From contig OZ242011.1 in assembly GCA_965204755.1 (NCBI GenBank), forward strand, positions 1,152,001 to 1,216,000: a stretch of 64,000 nt of DNA, given 5' to 3'. The notes below the pieces were generated by a model. It had not been told where the DNA came from and did no database searches. It saw nothing but the letters and a program-made list of their open reading frames with translations. Below, piece by piece: positions 29,844-39,504 of this stretch (positions within the stretch are counted from its first letter, which is position 1; every line of letters begins with the position of its first letter). A program made the translations under genes and the position numbers. This DNA comes from Candidatus Marinacidobacterium sp. (GTDB lineage: Bacteria; Acidobacteriota; Vicinamibacteria; Marinacidobacterales; Marinacidobacteraceae).

Positions 29844-30314
29844 TCAGTCCCCCTCGATGCGGTCGTAGGTGGCGCGGTTCACCCGCGTGATCTTCCCGTC
29901 CTCGTCGAACCGGACGTACTCGTTGTCGATCCGGTGGCCGTTCTCGGAGAGGGTGTTGATGATGACCTGGTACACATGGCCGCCGCGGCGGTTCAGGATC
30001 CGGGTGGTGCGCTCGTTCACGATCTCCACCGCGGTGTCCGAGTCCTCGAGGCCGGTGACCGGCCGGAAGACCCCGTCGAACTCGGTCACATAACTCCACT
30101 CCGAGTCCACGCCTTCGGCGTTCGTGGAGGCGACCGTGATGCTCATCCCGCTCTCGCCGTGCGGTGCGTAGGTCATGATGTTGATCTGCGGCGGCGGCGC
30201 GTCGGAGCGGAGCCGCCAGACGCCGAAGCGGGGGTTCTCGTTTTCGTTCGCGGCCGCGGAGCAGCCGACGAAGGCGGCGAGGGCGACGCAGAGGAGAACG
30301 CGTGGAATGCGCAC
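29844..30314 (-). CDS. Hypothetical secreted protein/lipoprotein
   Basis: Signal peptide with lipobox-like FVGC; beta-rich body. Confidence 0.7.
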   Translation of the reverse strand: MRIPRVLLCVALAAFVGCSAAANENENPRFGVWRLRSDAPPPQINIMTYAPHGESGMSITVASTNAEGVDSEWSYVTEFDGVFRPVTGLEDSDTAVEIVNERTTRILNRRGGHVYQVIINTLSENGHRIDNEYVRFDEDGKITRVNRATYDRIEGD

Positions 30315-30460
30315 GGGCGGGGACCTCCTGGGGAACTGCCGGAACCGGCGGATTCTGCCAGAGCGCCGCGCCGCCCGCCAGTGAGGGGCGGGAGGCCGGG
30401 CGCCCCCGGCGGCGCGGCGGGGCCGCTTCGGGGGCCGCTTCGGGAGACAATGACCGGGAG

Positions 30461-31732
30461 ATGACCACCACCCGCTCGACCTCCCTGTCCCCGCCGGCCG
30501 GAGCGCTCCGCCGGCTCGGCGTCCCCGCCGCGCTCGGAGCGGCGCTGCTGCCGGGCTCGGCCCTCGGCGCCGCCGAAGACTGGCCGCAGTGGCGGGGGCC
30601 CTCGCGTACCGGGGTCGCCGAGAACTTCACGGCGCCCGAGCCGCTCCCCGAGACGCTGACCGAGCGCTACCGCGTGCCGGTGGGCCTCGGGTACGCCACG
30701 CCGGTCGTGGTGGGCGGCCGCGTCTTCCAGTACGCCCGGCAGGACGGGGACGAGGTGGTGCTCGCCCTGGACGCCGAGACCGGGGAGGAGCAATGGAAGG
30801 CCGGATGGTCGGCGCCGTTCGAGATGCATCCCGCCGCCAGGAGCCATGGGCCGGGGCCGAAGTCCACGCCGACCTACGCGGACGGGCGCCTCTTCGCCCA
30901 CGGGATGGACGGCGCGCTCACCGCGCTCGACGCGGAGACCGGCGAGCGTTTGTGGCGTTTCCCGGGAACCGGGAAGACCCCGCTCTACCACACGGCGATG
31001 TCGCCGCTCGTCCTCGGCGACCGGGTGATCCTCCATGTCGGGGGCCACGACGAAGGCGCGCTCACCGCCTTCGACGCAGCGACCGGCGAGCCGCACTGGA
31101 GGGCGGAGGGCGACGGCCCGGCGTACGGCTCGCCGATGCTGTTCGAACTGGACGGCGCGCCGCAAGTCGTCGTCTTCACCCAGGATCACCTGCTCGGCGT
31201 GGATCCGGAGAACGGCAGGACACTCTGGCGCCGCCCCTTCACCACGCCGTCCGACACCACTTCGCAGACGCCTCTCGTCCACCGGGGCAGCGTCATCCAG
31301 AACGGCCGGGGCCACGGCGTAACCTCGTTCCGCGCCGCGCGGACGGACGGCGAGTGGGACACCGCCGACGAATGGAGCGTGGCCCAGGTGTCGCTCCACA
31401 TGGCGAACCCGGTGGCCTACGGGGCGGTGATGTTCGGGCTCTCCCACCGGAACAGCGGCCAGTACTTCGCGCTCGACCTGGACTCGGGAAGCGTCCGGTG
31501 GACGAGCGCCCCCCGCCAGGCGGAGCACGCCTCGCTCGTTCTCGCCGGCGACCTCTGGTTCTCCCTTGAAGACGACGGCGAACTCCTCGTGCTGGACGCC
31601 CGCGCCGAGGAGTTCCGCCCCCTCCGCCGCTACCCGGTCGCGGACACGGCGACTTGGGGCGCGCCGGCGCTCTCCGGCAACCGCATCTTCGTCAAGGACG
31701 AAAACCACCTCACCCTCTGGGTGATGGAGTAG
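30461..31732 (+). CDS. PQQ-binding-like beta-propeller protein
   Basis: DWPQWRGP, ALDAETGE repeats, GPKSTP, TWGAPALSGNRIFVKD. Confidence 0.88.
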   Translation: MTTTRSTSLSPPAGALRRLGVPAALGAALLPGSALGAAEDWPQWRGPSRTGVAENFTAPEPLPETLTERYRVPVGLGYATPVVVGGRVFQYARQDGDEVVLALDAETGEEQWKAGWSAPFEMHPAARSHGPGPKSTPTYADGRLFAHGMDGALTALDAETGERLWRFPGTGKTPLYHTAMSPLVLGDRVILHVGGHDEGALTAFDAATGEPHWRAEGDGPAYGSPMLFELDGAPQVVVFTQDHLLGVDPENGRTLWRRPFTTPSDTTSQTPLVHRGSVIQNGRGHGVTSFRAARTDGEWDTADEWSVAQVSLHMANPVAYGAVMFGLSHRNSGQYFALDLDSGSVRWTSAPRQAEHASLVLAGDLWFSLEDDGELLVLDARAEEFRPLRRYPVADTATWGAPALSGNRIFVKDENHLTLWVME

Positions 31733-31764
31733 CGCCTCCGGTCGATGGCCGCGGGAAGCCCGTC

Positions 31765-32676
31765 CTACTCGTCCGGAATCGGCCGGGCGCCGCTTCGCCG
31801 CCTCGGCCGCCGAGTCATGCGGTGAAAACCGATGAGATACAGGCGTCCGGCGGAAGTCTGCGCGACCACGGCGCGATACCGGCGGCCGTGGAACTCTCCG
31901 GTGATGACCAGCCTCCGGCGGTCGGGAGTCGCCTCCACCTCGCCGTGCTCGATGAGGTCCGGGAGGAGGCGGTACTCGTCGGTCGTGAGTTCCGGGTGCC
32001 GCTCTTGCTGTTTCAGCATGGTCCGAGCCGAGAGCGCGACGACGCCGGGAAGTCGGCTCGTGGCATCCAAGGCGTCCTTGATTTCCGGGTCGTCGAGGTC
32101 GTCCTGTTCGTCCAAGTCGAGAAGTCGGGCGGCGCGCACGGCGTCCGGCAGGAGATCGCGCCCGATCGCGTGGAGGCCGGTCAGTTCGAGTTCGCCCCCG
32201 GACATCTGCCGGACGATCGCCCGGAACCAGACTCCGTCGTATTCCTGGTAGAACGCGAGTTCGTGACCCTCACCTCGTAACTCGATCGCCCCGGTCCGGA
32301 TGAGATCGGGAACTCGCCGATAGTCGGCAGCGGTGACTTCGGGATGGTCGATCATCTGACGCAGCACCGTCCCGGGCGGCAGCCCCACCAGGCGCGTCTG
32401 GTAGACCGGTATCTCCGGCGGGGACAGCGCCTCCCGGGCGACGATCGGGATCACGGAGATCGGGAGCACTCCCAAACCCCGCTTGAGCCGGTCGTCGACC
32501 TGGCGGGCGCCCGGATGCTTCCGGTGAAAGAGCCGGACCTGGTTGAGGACGATGTCTCGCCCCTCTCTGTCGGGGATCTCGGTGACGGACTGCCGGTCGC
32601 GCCCATCCGGATCATCGCGGGCGGCGTCCCGCGAGTCGCGCTCGAAGTCGGAGACCACCGTCCGCGCCCTGGTCAA
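31765..32676 (-). CDS. Hypothetical protein with two tandem PBECR2-like (BECR-fold) nuclease domains
   Basis: Repeated KQ..HPE(L/V)T..(E/D)Y..(L/V)PDLI..G...(Y/F)RA(V/I)V.Q...G.L.L.G.H. Start is TTG 32676 (coupled to the gltX stop) or GTG 32658. Confidence 0.6.
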   Translation of the reverse strand: MTRARTVVSDFERDSRDAARDDPDGRDRQSVTEIPDREGRDIVLNQVRLFHRKHPGARQVDDRLKRGLGVLPISVIPIVAREALSPPEIPVYQTRLVGLPPGTVLRQMIDHPEVTAADYRRVPDLIRTGAIELRGEGHELAFYQEYDGVWFRAIVRQMSGGELELTGLHAIGRDLLPDAVRAARLLDLDEQDDLDDPEIKDALDATSRLPGVVALSARTMLKQQERHPELTTDEYRLLPDLIEHGEVEATPDRRRLVITGEFHGRRYRAVVAQTSAGRLYLIGFHRMTRRPRRRSGARPIPDE

Positions 32677-34043
32677 GAGCCGGCGCGCCGGCGGGCGAGT
32701 TCCTTCTCGCGGCGGCGCGGGACGCCGCCGAGGGCGGTGCGGGCGCGGCGGAGGCGGATTCGGGTCAGGGCGCTTCCGAGAATCGTCATGGAACCGAACA
32801 GCGGGGTCGAGGAGGCTGCGCCGGTGACGGCGACATAGAGCGGGGCGGTGAGCCGGCGGAACTTCACCTCCAGGCGGTCCGCGAGCGCCCGGAGGGAATC
32901 CCGCGCCGCCTCTTCGGTGAAGTCCGGGAGATCCTCGAGCGTCCACTCGGCGAGCAGCAACCACTCCGCCACGACGGACGATTCTTCCTTCCCGGCCAGC
33001 GCGGCCGGGTCGAGCGGGACCTCGTCGGCGAAGAAGAACGGCGCGAGGAAACCGAAATCACCCAGCGTGCGCATTCGGGGCTGGGCCAGCGCGGCGATAC
33101 CGGTCAGCGTCCCTTCGTCCAGGCGCCAGTCCCGCAGGAGGGCGGCGACGCCGGCCGGGTCGTAGTCCTCCCGCAGGTAGCGGCCGTTCAACCACGCCAA
33201 CTTCTCGGTGTCGAAGACCGCGCCGGAGAGCGAGAGCGAGGAGAGGTCGAAGTTCTCCACGAACGCATCCAAGTCGAACTTCTCCTCGCCCTCGGCGCGC
33301 GTCCAGACCAAGGCGCCGAGGAAGTTGAGCATCGCCTGCGGGAGGAAACCGGCCTGGCGGTAGTACTCGATCGAAGTCGGGCTGTTCCGCTTGCTCAGTT
33401 TCGACCGGTTCCGGTCGTTGTTTCGCAGGAGCGGCACATGCCGGAAGGCGGGCGGTTTCCAACCGAGCGCTTCGTAGAGCAGCAGGTGTTTCGGCAGCGA
33501 CGCGATCCATTCCTCGCCGCGGATGACATCGCTGATCTCCATCCGGTGGTCGTCCACCACATTCGCCAGGTGGTAGGTGGGGAAACCGTCCGACTTGAGC
33601 AGCACCGGATCGTCCACCGACTCCCAGTCCTTCTCGAGACCCGGGCGCAACCGGTCGGGAAGCGCGATCCGCCCCTCGTTCGGCGTGCGCAGCCGGATCG
33701 CGTACGCGCCGCCGTCTTCGTTGTAGTCCCGATACGCCCGGCCATCCGCCAGCAGCCGCTCCGCCGCCTCCCGGCACGGCTCGACCCGCTCGCTCTGCCG
33801 GTACGGCCCGAAAGGCCCCCCGCAATCCGGCCCCTCGTCCCAGGAGAGTCCGAGCCAGCGGAGCGCGCGCAGGATCGCCGCCTCCGCCCCGGGCGTGGAA
33901 CGCGCCCGATCGGTGTCCTCGATCCGCAACACGAACGCGCCGCCGCGCTGCTTCGCGAAGGCGTAGTTCAGCAGCGCGATGAACGCCGTCCCCACATGGG
34001 GATCCCCCGTCGGGGACGGCGCGATCCGCGTGCGAACGCTCAC
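32673..34043 (-). CDS. gltX: Glutamate--tRNA ligase
   Basis: RIAPSPTGDPHVG, LRIEDTD, PTYHLANVVDD, RGEEW, KLSKR. Confidence 0.95.
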   Translation of the reverse strand: MSVRTRIAPSPTGDPHVGTAFIALLNYAFAKQRGGAFVLRIEDTDRARSTPGAEAAILRALRWLGLSWDEGPDCGGPFGPYRQSERVEPCREAAERLLADGRAYRDYNEDGGAYAIRLRTPNEGRIALPDRLRPGLEKDWESVDDPVLLKSDGFPTYHLANVVDDHRMEISDVIRGEEWIASLPKHLLLYEALGWKPPAFRHVPLLRNNDRNRSKLSKRNSPTSIEYYRQAGFLPQAMLNFLGALVWTRAEGEEKFDLDAFVENFDLSSLSLSGAVFDTEKLAWLNGRYLREDYDPAGVAALLRDWRLDEGTLTGIAALAQPRMRTLGDFGFLAPFFFADEVPLDPAALAGKEESSVVAEWLLLAEWTLEDLPDFTEEAARDSLRALADRLEVKFRRLTAPLYVAVTGAASSTPLFGSMTILGSALTRIRLRRARTALGGVPRRREKELARRRAGS

Positions 34044-34138
34044 CGTGTCGCAATCCTCACGGACAGCGACGGCGCGCGCCCATTCCGAGTCATACGCTCA
34101 CCGCCCCGCCGCACGGTGGGCGGGATCGGCCCGGTCAC

Positions 34139-35335
34139 TCATCGCGGATGTACGGCAAGACGAATCGGTGTTCGGGCGGCGCTGACCGCAGGCGCCGCGC
34201 CACCGAGGAGGCTGATGCCGACGGCCAACAGCAGCGCTTGGACGACTGTACCACCGCCGACCTCGAAGGTGAAGACGAGTTGGCTCAGGGAAGCGAAGTT
34301 CAGCGTGCTCGTCCGAAACCCGTCGAGCGCCGCGCCGCTCGCGACGGCGCCGAGCGCGGCGCCGGCGGCGGCGAGGGTTCCCGCCTCCGCCAGGAATGCC
34401 GCCAACACCGCGAAGCGACCGAAGCCCAGGGCGCGCAGCGTGCCGATCTCCCTTCTCCTGCTCGAAATCGCGCCGAATGTCGTGTTGAAAGTCACGACGC
34501 TCACCGCGCCGCCCATGAGGACGACCACCAACCACCCGAAACCCTCCACGAACAGGGTCATGATCTCTGCCTGGTTTCGATAGAACTCCGTTTCGCGTTC
34601 CACGGCGACGCGCAGCCTCCGGTCCGCGAGAGTGCCGCCCTCGAAGCCCCACAGGGCTTCCGGTTCGGTCAGCCGTACGCGGATCGCCTGAAAACTCGAG
34701 CCGTAGCCGAAGGACTCCCGAACGGCGGTGTCCGAGGTCCAGATCTCCGACTCCTCGCCGTGGCCGCCCGCGGAGAACACGCCGACGATTCTCAGCGGCC
34801 TTCCGGCCAAGCGGATATCCGACCCCGGGGCCAGACCATCGTAGGTATCCCTCGCCCCGGCCCCGACGATCGCCTCGTATCGACCGCTTCGGAAGCGTCT
34901 TCCGGTGTGGACCTCGACCCGCTCCCGCACTGCGAAGCCCGCGTCCGAGAGTCCTCGAAGCAGCACATTCTCCAAAGCCCCTCCCTCCCGTCTCGGGAGG
35001 CTGACGACGGCTACATTCTCTCCGGAAACGAGTGCCCTCCCGTCGGAATGTTCGACTTGGGGAAGCCCGGCGATCACGGCGACCGCCTCGCGCGGCAGCC
35101 GGCTGTCGAGTTCCGCCATCGCGCCTTCCTGAAGCACGACCGCAACGCGATCGTCCGCCCCGGAGACCAGCGCCGCCCGCAGTCCGTCCGCCACCGAAAA
35201 GACGCCGACATGCGCGACGGTCGCGCCCGCCATCCCGAGCACCAGCACGACAGCGCTCCGCCGGCGCTGCCGTATGGTCGAGAGGCAGTACAGCGCTGTC
35301 GCCGCCACCTGTCTCGCCAGCAGCCGGAAGCGCAT
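34139..35335 (-). CDS. ABC transporter permease (FtsX/MacB-like)
   Basis: RRREIGTLRALGF; periplasmic domain plus TM helices. Confidence 0.85.
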   Translation of the reverse strand: MRFRLLARQVAATALYCLSTIRQRRRSAVVLVLGMAGATVAHVGVFSVADGLRAALVSGADDRVAVVLQEGAMAELDSRLPREAVAVIAGLPQVEHSDGRALVSGENVAVVSLPRREGGALENVLLRGLSDAGFAVRERVEVHTGRRFRSGRYEAIVGAGARDTYDGLAPGSDIRLAGRPLRIVGVFSAGGHGEESEIWTSDTAVRESFGYGSSFQAIRVRLTEPEALWGFEGGTLADRRLRVAVERETEFYRNQAEIMTLFVEGFGWLVVVLMGGAVSVVTFNTTFGAISSRRREIGTLRALGFGRFAVLAAFLAEAGTLAAAGAALGAVASGAALDGFRTSTLNFASLSQLVFTFEVGGGTVVQALLLAVGISLLGGAAPAVSAARTPIRLAVHPR

Positions 35336-35337
35336 CC

Positions 35338-36492
35338 CTACTCGCCGGCGAGTCCGCCGAGGCCTCCCACGCGGACGCGGACCAACGCCGGTATCGCGGC
35401 AAGGACGGCCAAACCCAAGGCGACGGCCACGCCGAGCACGGCGTCCGAAGTACGGAAAGCCAGCCCGGGCAGCATCTCCGCCAAGTCCCTCCCCAAGGCC
35501 GCGACTGCCGCGCTCCCGAGCGCCAAGCCCAGCACCGCCCCGGAGCCGACGAGCAGGACGGCTTCCCCGACGGCCAACGCCATCAACTTGGCCGGAGAGA
35601 ATCCGAGGGCCCGAAGCACCGCGAACTCGCGCCGTCGTTCTTCCACCGACTCGGAAACCGTACTGCCGACGACGAGAACCGTTATCCCCAGCATCACGCT
35701 CAGGATCGCGGCGAAGACCGCCCCGAAGTCGGCGAACTGCCTCGCGAACGCCGCAATCGCCGCCCCTTCGGGCTGCGAGACGGTGGGAGCAGCCGCGTTG
35801 CTGAAGTACCGGTCTATCGCCATGGCCGTATCGGCCGCGCCCTGCGCATCGGCCAGGACGACGGTGAACCAACTCACGCCCGGATCCTCGGTCCGTCCCT
35901 CCCTCAGATAATCCTGCCGCAACAGGAAGTGGCTGTCCGAGTAAGCGTCGTCTTCCACCGAGTACGCGCCCGCCAAAGTGAACTGCCAGGAGCGCGTGCC
36001 GTCGCGACGAGGATGGACCTGCGCGGAAAGGGTCACCCGGTCGCCGGGGCGCCACCCGAAGCGCTCGAACAACGACGAGCCGGCGATGGCGCCGTCCCTC
36101 GTCTCCCTCCACCGCTCCACGGCGCCGGGGTCTATCCCGATGTCCGGATACACCCGGAGGAACTCGTCCGGCTCGACCGCCAGGGACATGAAGAAGTTTC
36201 GCGGATCTTGGTAGATGCCGCCGAACCAGGTGGTGGGCGCGACCGCGAGCACATTCGGGATACGACCGATCTCTTCCCGGTATCTCGTCGGCAGCGACTC
36301 GATCACGGAGATTCGATTCGACACGCGAATCCGGTTCTCCTCGGCGACGAACTCTCCGAACGACACGGCGCGCCGGAGGGCGCACAGCGCGCAGAACAGG
36401 AGGAAGCACAGGACGACAGACGATACGGTGACCGCAGCCCGAAGCCGCTGACTCCGGAGGCCGGTCGCGGCGAGAGGAACGAATCGCACCAT
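35338..36492 (-). CDS. ABC transporter permease (FtsX/MacB-like)
   Basis: WFGGIYQD, ERRREFAVLRALGFS. Confidence 0.85.
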   Translation of the reverse strand: MVRFVPLAATGLRSQRLRAAVTVSSVVLCFLLFCALCALRRAVSFGEFVAEENRIRVSNRISVIESLPTRYREEIGRIPNVLAVAPTTWFGGIYQDPRNFFMSLAVEPDEFLRVYPDIGIDPGAVERWRETRDGAIAGSSLFERFGWRPGDRVTLSAQVHPRRDGTRSWQFTLAGAYSVEDDAYSDSHFLLRQDYLREGRTEDPGVSWFTVVLADAQGAADTAMAIDRYFSNAAAPTVSQPEGAAIAAFARQFADFGAVFAAILSVMLGITVLVVGSTVSESVEERRREFAVLRALGFSPAKLMALAVGEAVLLVGSGAVLGLALGSAAVAALGRDLAEMLPGLAFRTSDAVLGVAVALGLAVLAAIPALVRVRVGGLGGLAGE

Positions 36493-36653
36493 GGCCGACA
36501 GCCCTCAGGAGTCGCGGAGACCGCCGTCTCGATCGCAGGTCGGCCGGGCGACCGACAGCCTATGGATCCCCGGCGGTGGTCTCGAACTTCGCAGTGACGC
36601 CCTGTGCGTCCGCCCCCGGTCCGACCGGCTGACCCGAATGGCGGGGCGGTCGC

Positions 36654-37454
36654 TCAGCGGAGATCGGGGAGCAACTCGTCGCGCACCCAAACATAGCCCG
36701 GTTCGATCTGCAGCGCCCGTTCGTAGTACTCCTCGGCGCGGGTCTCGTCATCGTCCCTCGCGAGAGCGAGTCCCAGAAAAGCCAAGGCCTCGGCGTAACC
36801 CCAGGCGAAGGGTTCTTCTTCCAACGCTCTCTCGAACATGGCCACCGCCTCGCGCAGTCGGCGCCGGGCCGCGTCCCGGTCGCCGAAGGGGCCCGGCGCC
36901 ATCAGATGGGTGATTCCCTGGTGGTAGATCACATGCGGATTCTCCGGCCCCGAGGTGACTGCCTGTTCGAGGAGTTCCCCCGCGCGGCGGCCGTGACGCA
37001 TGCCGGACATCATCCCGGTAATCCGCGCCTGTTCGACTTGGGAAAGGATCAATAGGGCATACGGGCTGTCGGGCGATTCCGCAAGATGTTCATCGAGAAG
37101 GCGTTGGGCCTCGTCCAGAAGCGGCTTCCGCCTCGCCTCGTTGAGCCTCTTCACGCTTCGACGGACATCATGGATCGGATACAGCGTGGCGACGCGCCAC
37201 AGGCCCCAGGCGCGCGCCAGGGTCTCCGAATCCGGGATCTCCCCGAGCGCGGCGCCGGCCCCGGGGAGATCCCGCGTGTAGTAGGCGTGCTCGATCCGCT
37301 GCAACACGGGCGCGGTCTCACCACCGGCCATCCGGTCCGTCTGCGCCCCGAACGACGGCATCGGCGCCGCCGCGGACGAAAGGGCCCACGAGGTGAAAGC
37401 CGCCGCGGCGAGAACACCGCAGCCGAAGTGACGAGCGCCGACCATACCGTCCAT
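36654..37454 (-). CDS. Secreted tetratricopeptide-repeat protein
   Basis: Signal peptide; helical repeats ending AEEYYERALQIEPGY. Confidence 0.75.
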   Translation of the reverse strand: MDGMVGARHFGCGVLAAAAFTSWALSSAAAPMPSFGAQTDRMAGGETAPVLQRIEHAYYTRDLPGAGAALGEIPDSETLARAWGLWRVATLYPIHDVRRSVKRLNEARRKPLLDEAQRLLDEHLAESPDSPYALLILSQVEQARITGMMSGMRHGRRAGELLEQAVTSGPENPHVIYHQGITHLMAPGPFGDRDAARRRLREAVAMFERALEEEPFAWGYAEALAFLGLALARDDDETRAEEYYERALQIEPGYVWVRDELLPDLR

Positions 37455-37557
37455 ACGGCTTCGCCCGCCCGAAACTTACACCCCCCGCCACGGGACGGAG
37501 GTTCCAGCCGGCTATGGGATAAGTCGTTGACAGAGGGATCGTCGGGCCGGATTCAGG

Positions 37558-39489
37558 TCAGACGGTGACCTGGCGGTGGAACGCGACCCACTCCGCGACG
37601 AGCAGGAGGAGGGCGAAGAGCGCCAGGTAGGGCCAGAGGACCGGGAAGACCGGGGGCTCTTCCTCCGCGGTGGCGGCCGCCCGCGCCGCGGGTTCGGCCC
37701 CGGCCCAGGCCGAGCGGTTCAGGTCGGAGACCCTCCGGTCGAGCAGGTTGGCGGCGATGACGACCTCCCGGCCGGCGCCGGAGGCGTAGTAGAGCGACGG
37801 ACTTTCCGCTTCGAAGGAGAGTTCGCCGCCGAGTTGTTGCGACTCCAACTCCTCGCCGTCGGCGTCGAAGATCGTTCCGGCGCCCAGGCGAACGCGCACC
37901 GGGCCGAGGCCGGCGCGCCGGACCTCCACATCGGTGAGCCAACTGAGCGACCGGGAGAGGAACACCGGGAAGTCGGGCTGGAGGGGCAGGTTCGACCGGC
38001 GGAGCGGGAAGGCGAAGGCCAGCGCCCGGCGCGGGCTGGAGCGCGCGGCGAGGAGACCCAGGCGGGAGTCGCCGAGCAGGGCCGTCCAACGGGCGCCGGT
38101 CGCCTCCGCTTCGCCGAAACGGGCGAGCGATTCGGCGGAGAAGGCGCGGACTTCGCGAGCCAGGGCGTCGTCGAGTTGGAGGCCGTCGAGCACCGGATGG
38201 TTCTCCGCGCCGGGCATGACCGGGAGGAGGACCGCGGCCGTTCCCTCCGCGTCGCCTTCCGGCTCGGCGCCGGACGCGGCCGCCGCTTCCTCCGCCTCCG
38301 GCGCGGCGGCCGCGGCGAGGCGCGGCGGCAGCCAGTCGGCCTCTCCCGCCCCGGCGAAGAGCAGGGGCGCCGCCGGCAGCGCCTCCGGCGGAGGCCCGTC
38401 GAGCACGATCACATCCACCCCTTCGACGCCGCGCGCCGCGAGTTCGCCGGGAAGGATGGACTCCAGGGTGACCCGCGGGTCGAGCCGCAGCGCGGCCTCC
38501 CAGTACGGGTTCTCGTCGGCGGCGAGCAGCACCCGCAGGCGGTTGCGCGACGGGACATAGGAGTGGGCCACATCGTCGGCGGGGAAGGCGTCGCCGCCGG
38601 AGACCGCGATGGCCGCGCGCACCGGGCCGGCGACGAAGCCGGCGAGCGGCGCGGTTTCGCCGCTCGGCGCGCCGGGGCGGACCCGCAGCACCCGGCGCAG
38701 GGTGGCCCCGCCCGCGCCGTCGATCTGGAGCGCCACCACTTCGGCGCCGGCGCCCGCCTCCGGCGACTCGCCGTGGAGCACCACTTCCACATAGGCCTCG
38801 AACCGCCCCGGGTCGCGGGGCAGCGGCCGCACATCGAAGGCGGTGATCCCGGCGTTCAACGCGGGCTCGAACACCGAAACCCGCTCCACGCCCGGCGGCG
38901 CGCCGGAGACGGCCACCCCGTCCCCGAAGAAGACCACTTCCGCGCCCTCGGCGGCGGAATCGGCGGCGAGCAGATCCGAGACCTCGGGGAACCGGTGCTC
39001 CGCGCCGAAGACCGGGGAGAGCGATTCGAGCGCGGCCCGCGCGGCCCGCGAGTCGAGGAACGAACGGCCGCCGCGCCGACCGGCGGTGTCGAGGACCAGG
39101 AACTCCCCGTTCGCGCCGGCCGCGGCGATGCGCCGGTCCGCTTCGGCGACGGCGCGCTCCCACCGGCTCGCGCCGTCGGCGCCGAGCGCCGCCATGGCCG
39201 CGGAGTTGTCGAGCACCAGCGCCAAGCGGCGGACTTCCCGGTCTCCGAACGACGGCCGGGCGAGCGCCAGCGCGACGGAGAGCGCGACGAGGAGCGCGGC
39301 GACCAAGGAGATCAGCCACCGCCAGAAGTCCTCGCGCCGCCGGCGTTCGTCGAGCACCCGCCGCCAGATGAAGTTCGACGGAACCGTGACCGGCTGGGGT
39401 TCCGGCCGGACCCGGTAGAGGATCCAGACGACGACGGCGGCGAGCCCGAGCAGCGCCGCCGCGACGAGCGGCGCCACGCCGAAGTTCAT
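37558..39489 (-). CDS. BatA/vWA-domain membrane protein
   Basis: N-terminal BatA-like VPSNFIW...ALARP, MIDAS-like VLDNSAAM, C-terminal TM LLVAEW. Confidence 0.85.
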   Translation of the reverse strand: MNFGVAPLVAAALLGLAAVVVWILYRVRPEPQPVTVPSNFIWRRVLDERRRREDFWRWLISLVAALLVALSVALALARPSFGDREVRRLALVLDNSAAMAALGADGASRWERAVAEADRRIAAAGANGEFLVLDTAGRRGGRSFLDSRAARAALESLSPVFGAEHRFPEVSDLLAADSAAEGAEVVFFGDGVAVSGAPPGVERVSVFEPALNAGITAFDVRPLPRDPGRFEAYVEVVLHGESPEAGAGAEVVALQIDGAGGATLRRVLRVRPGAPSGETAPLAGFVAGPVRAAIAVSGGDAFPADDVAHSYVPSRNRLRVLLAADENPYWEAALRLDPRVTLESILPGELAARGVEGVDVIVLDGPPPEALPAAPLLFAGAGEADWLPPRLAAAAAPEAEEAAAASGAEPEGDAEGTAAVLLPVMPGAENHPVLDGLQLDDALAREVRAFSAESLARFGEAEATGARWTALLGDSRLGLLAARSSPRRALAFAFPLRRSNLPLQPDFPVFLSRSLSWLTDVEVRRAGLGPVRVRLGAGTIFDADGEELESQQLGGELSFEAESPSLYYASGAGREVVIAANLLDRRVSDLNRSAWAGAEPAARAAATAEEEPPVFPVLWPYLALFALLLLVAEWVAFHRQVTV

Positions 39490-39504
39490 GCCCGAAGCGC
39501 CGGC

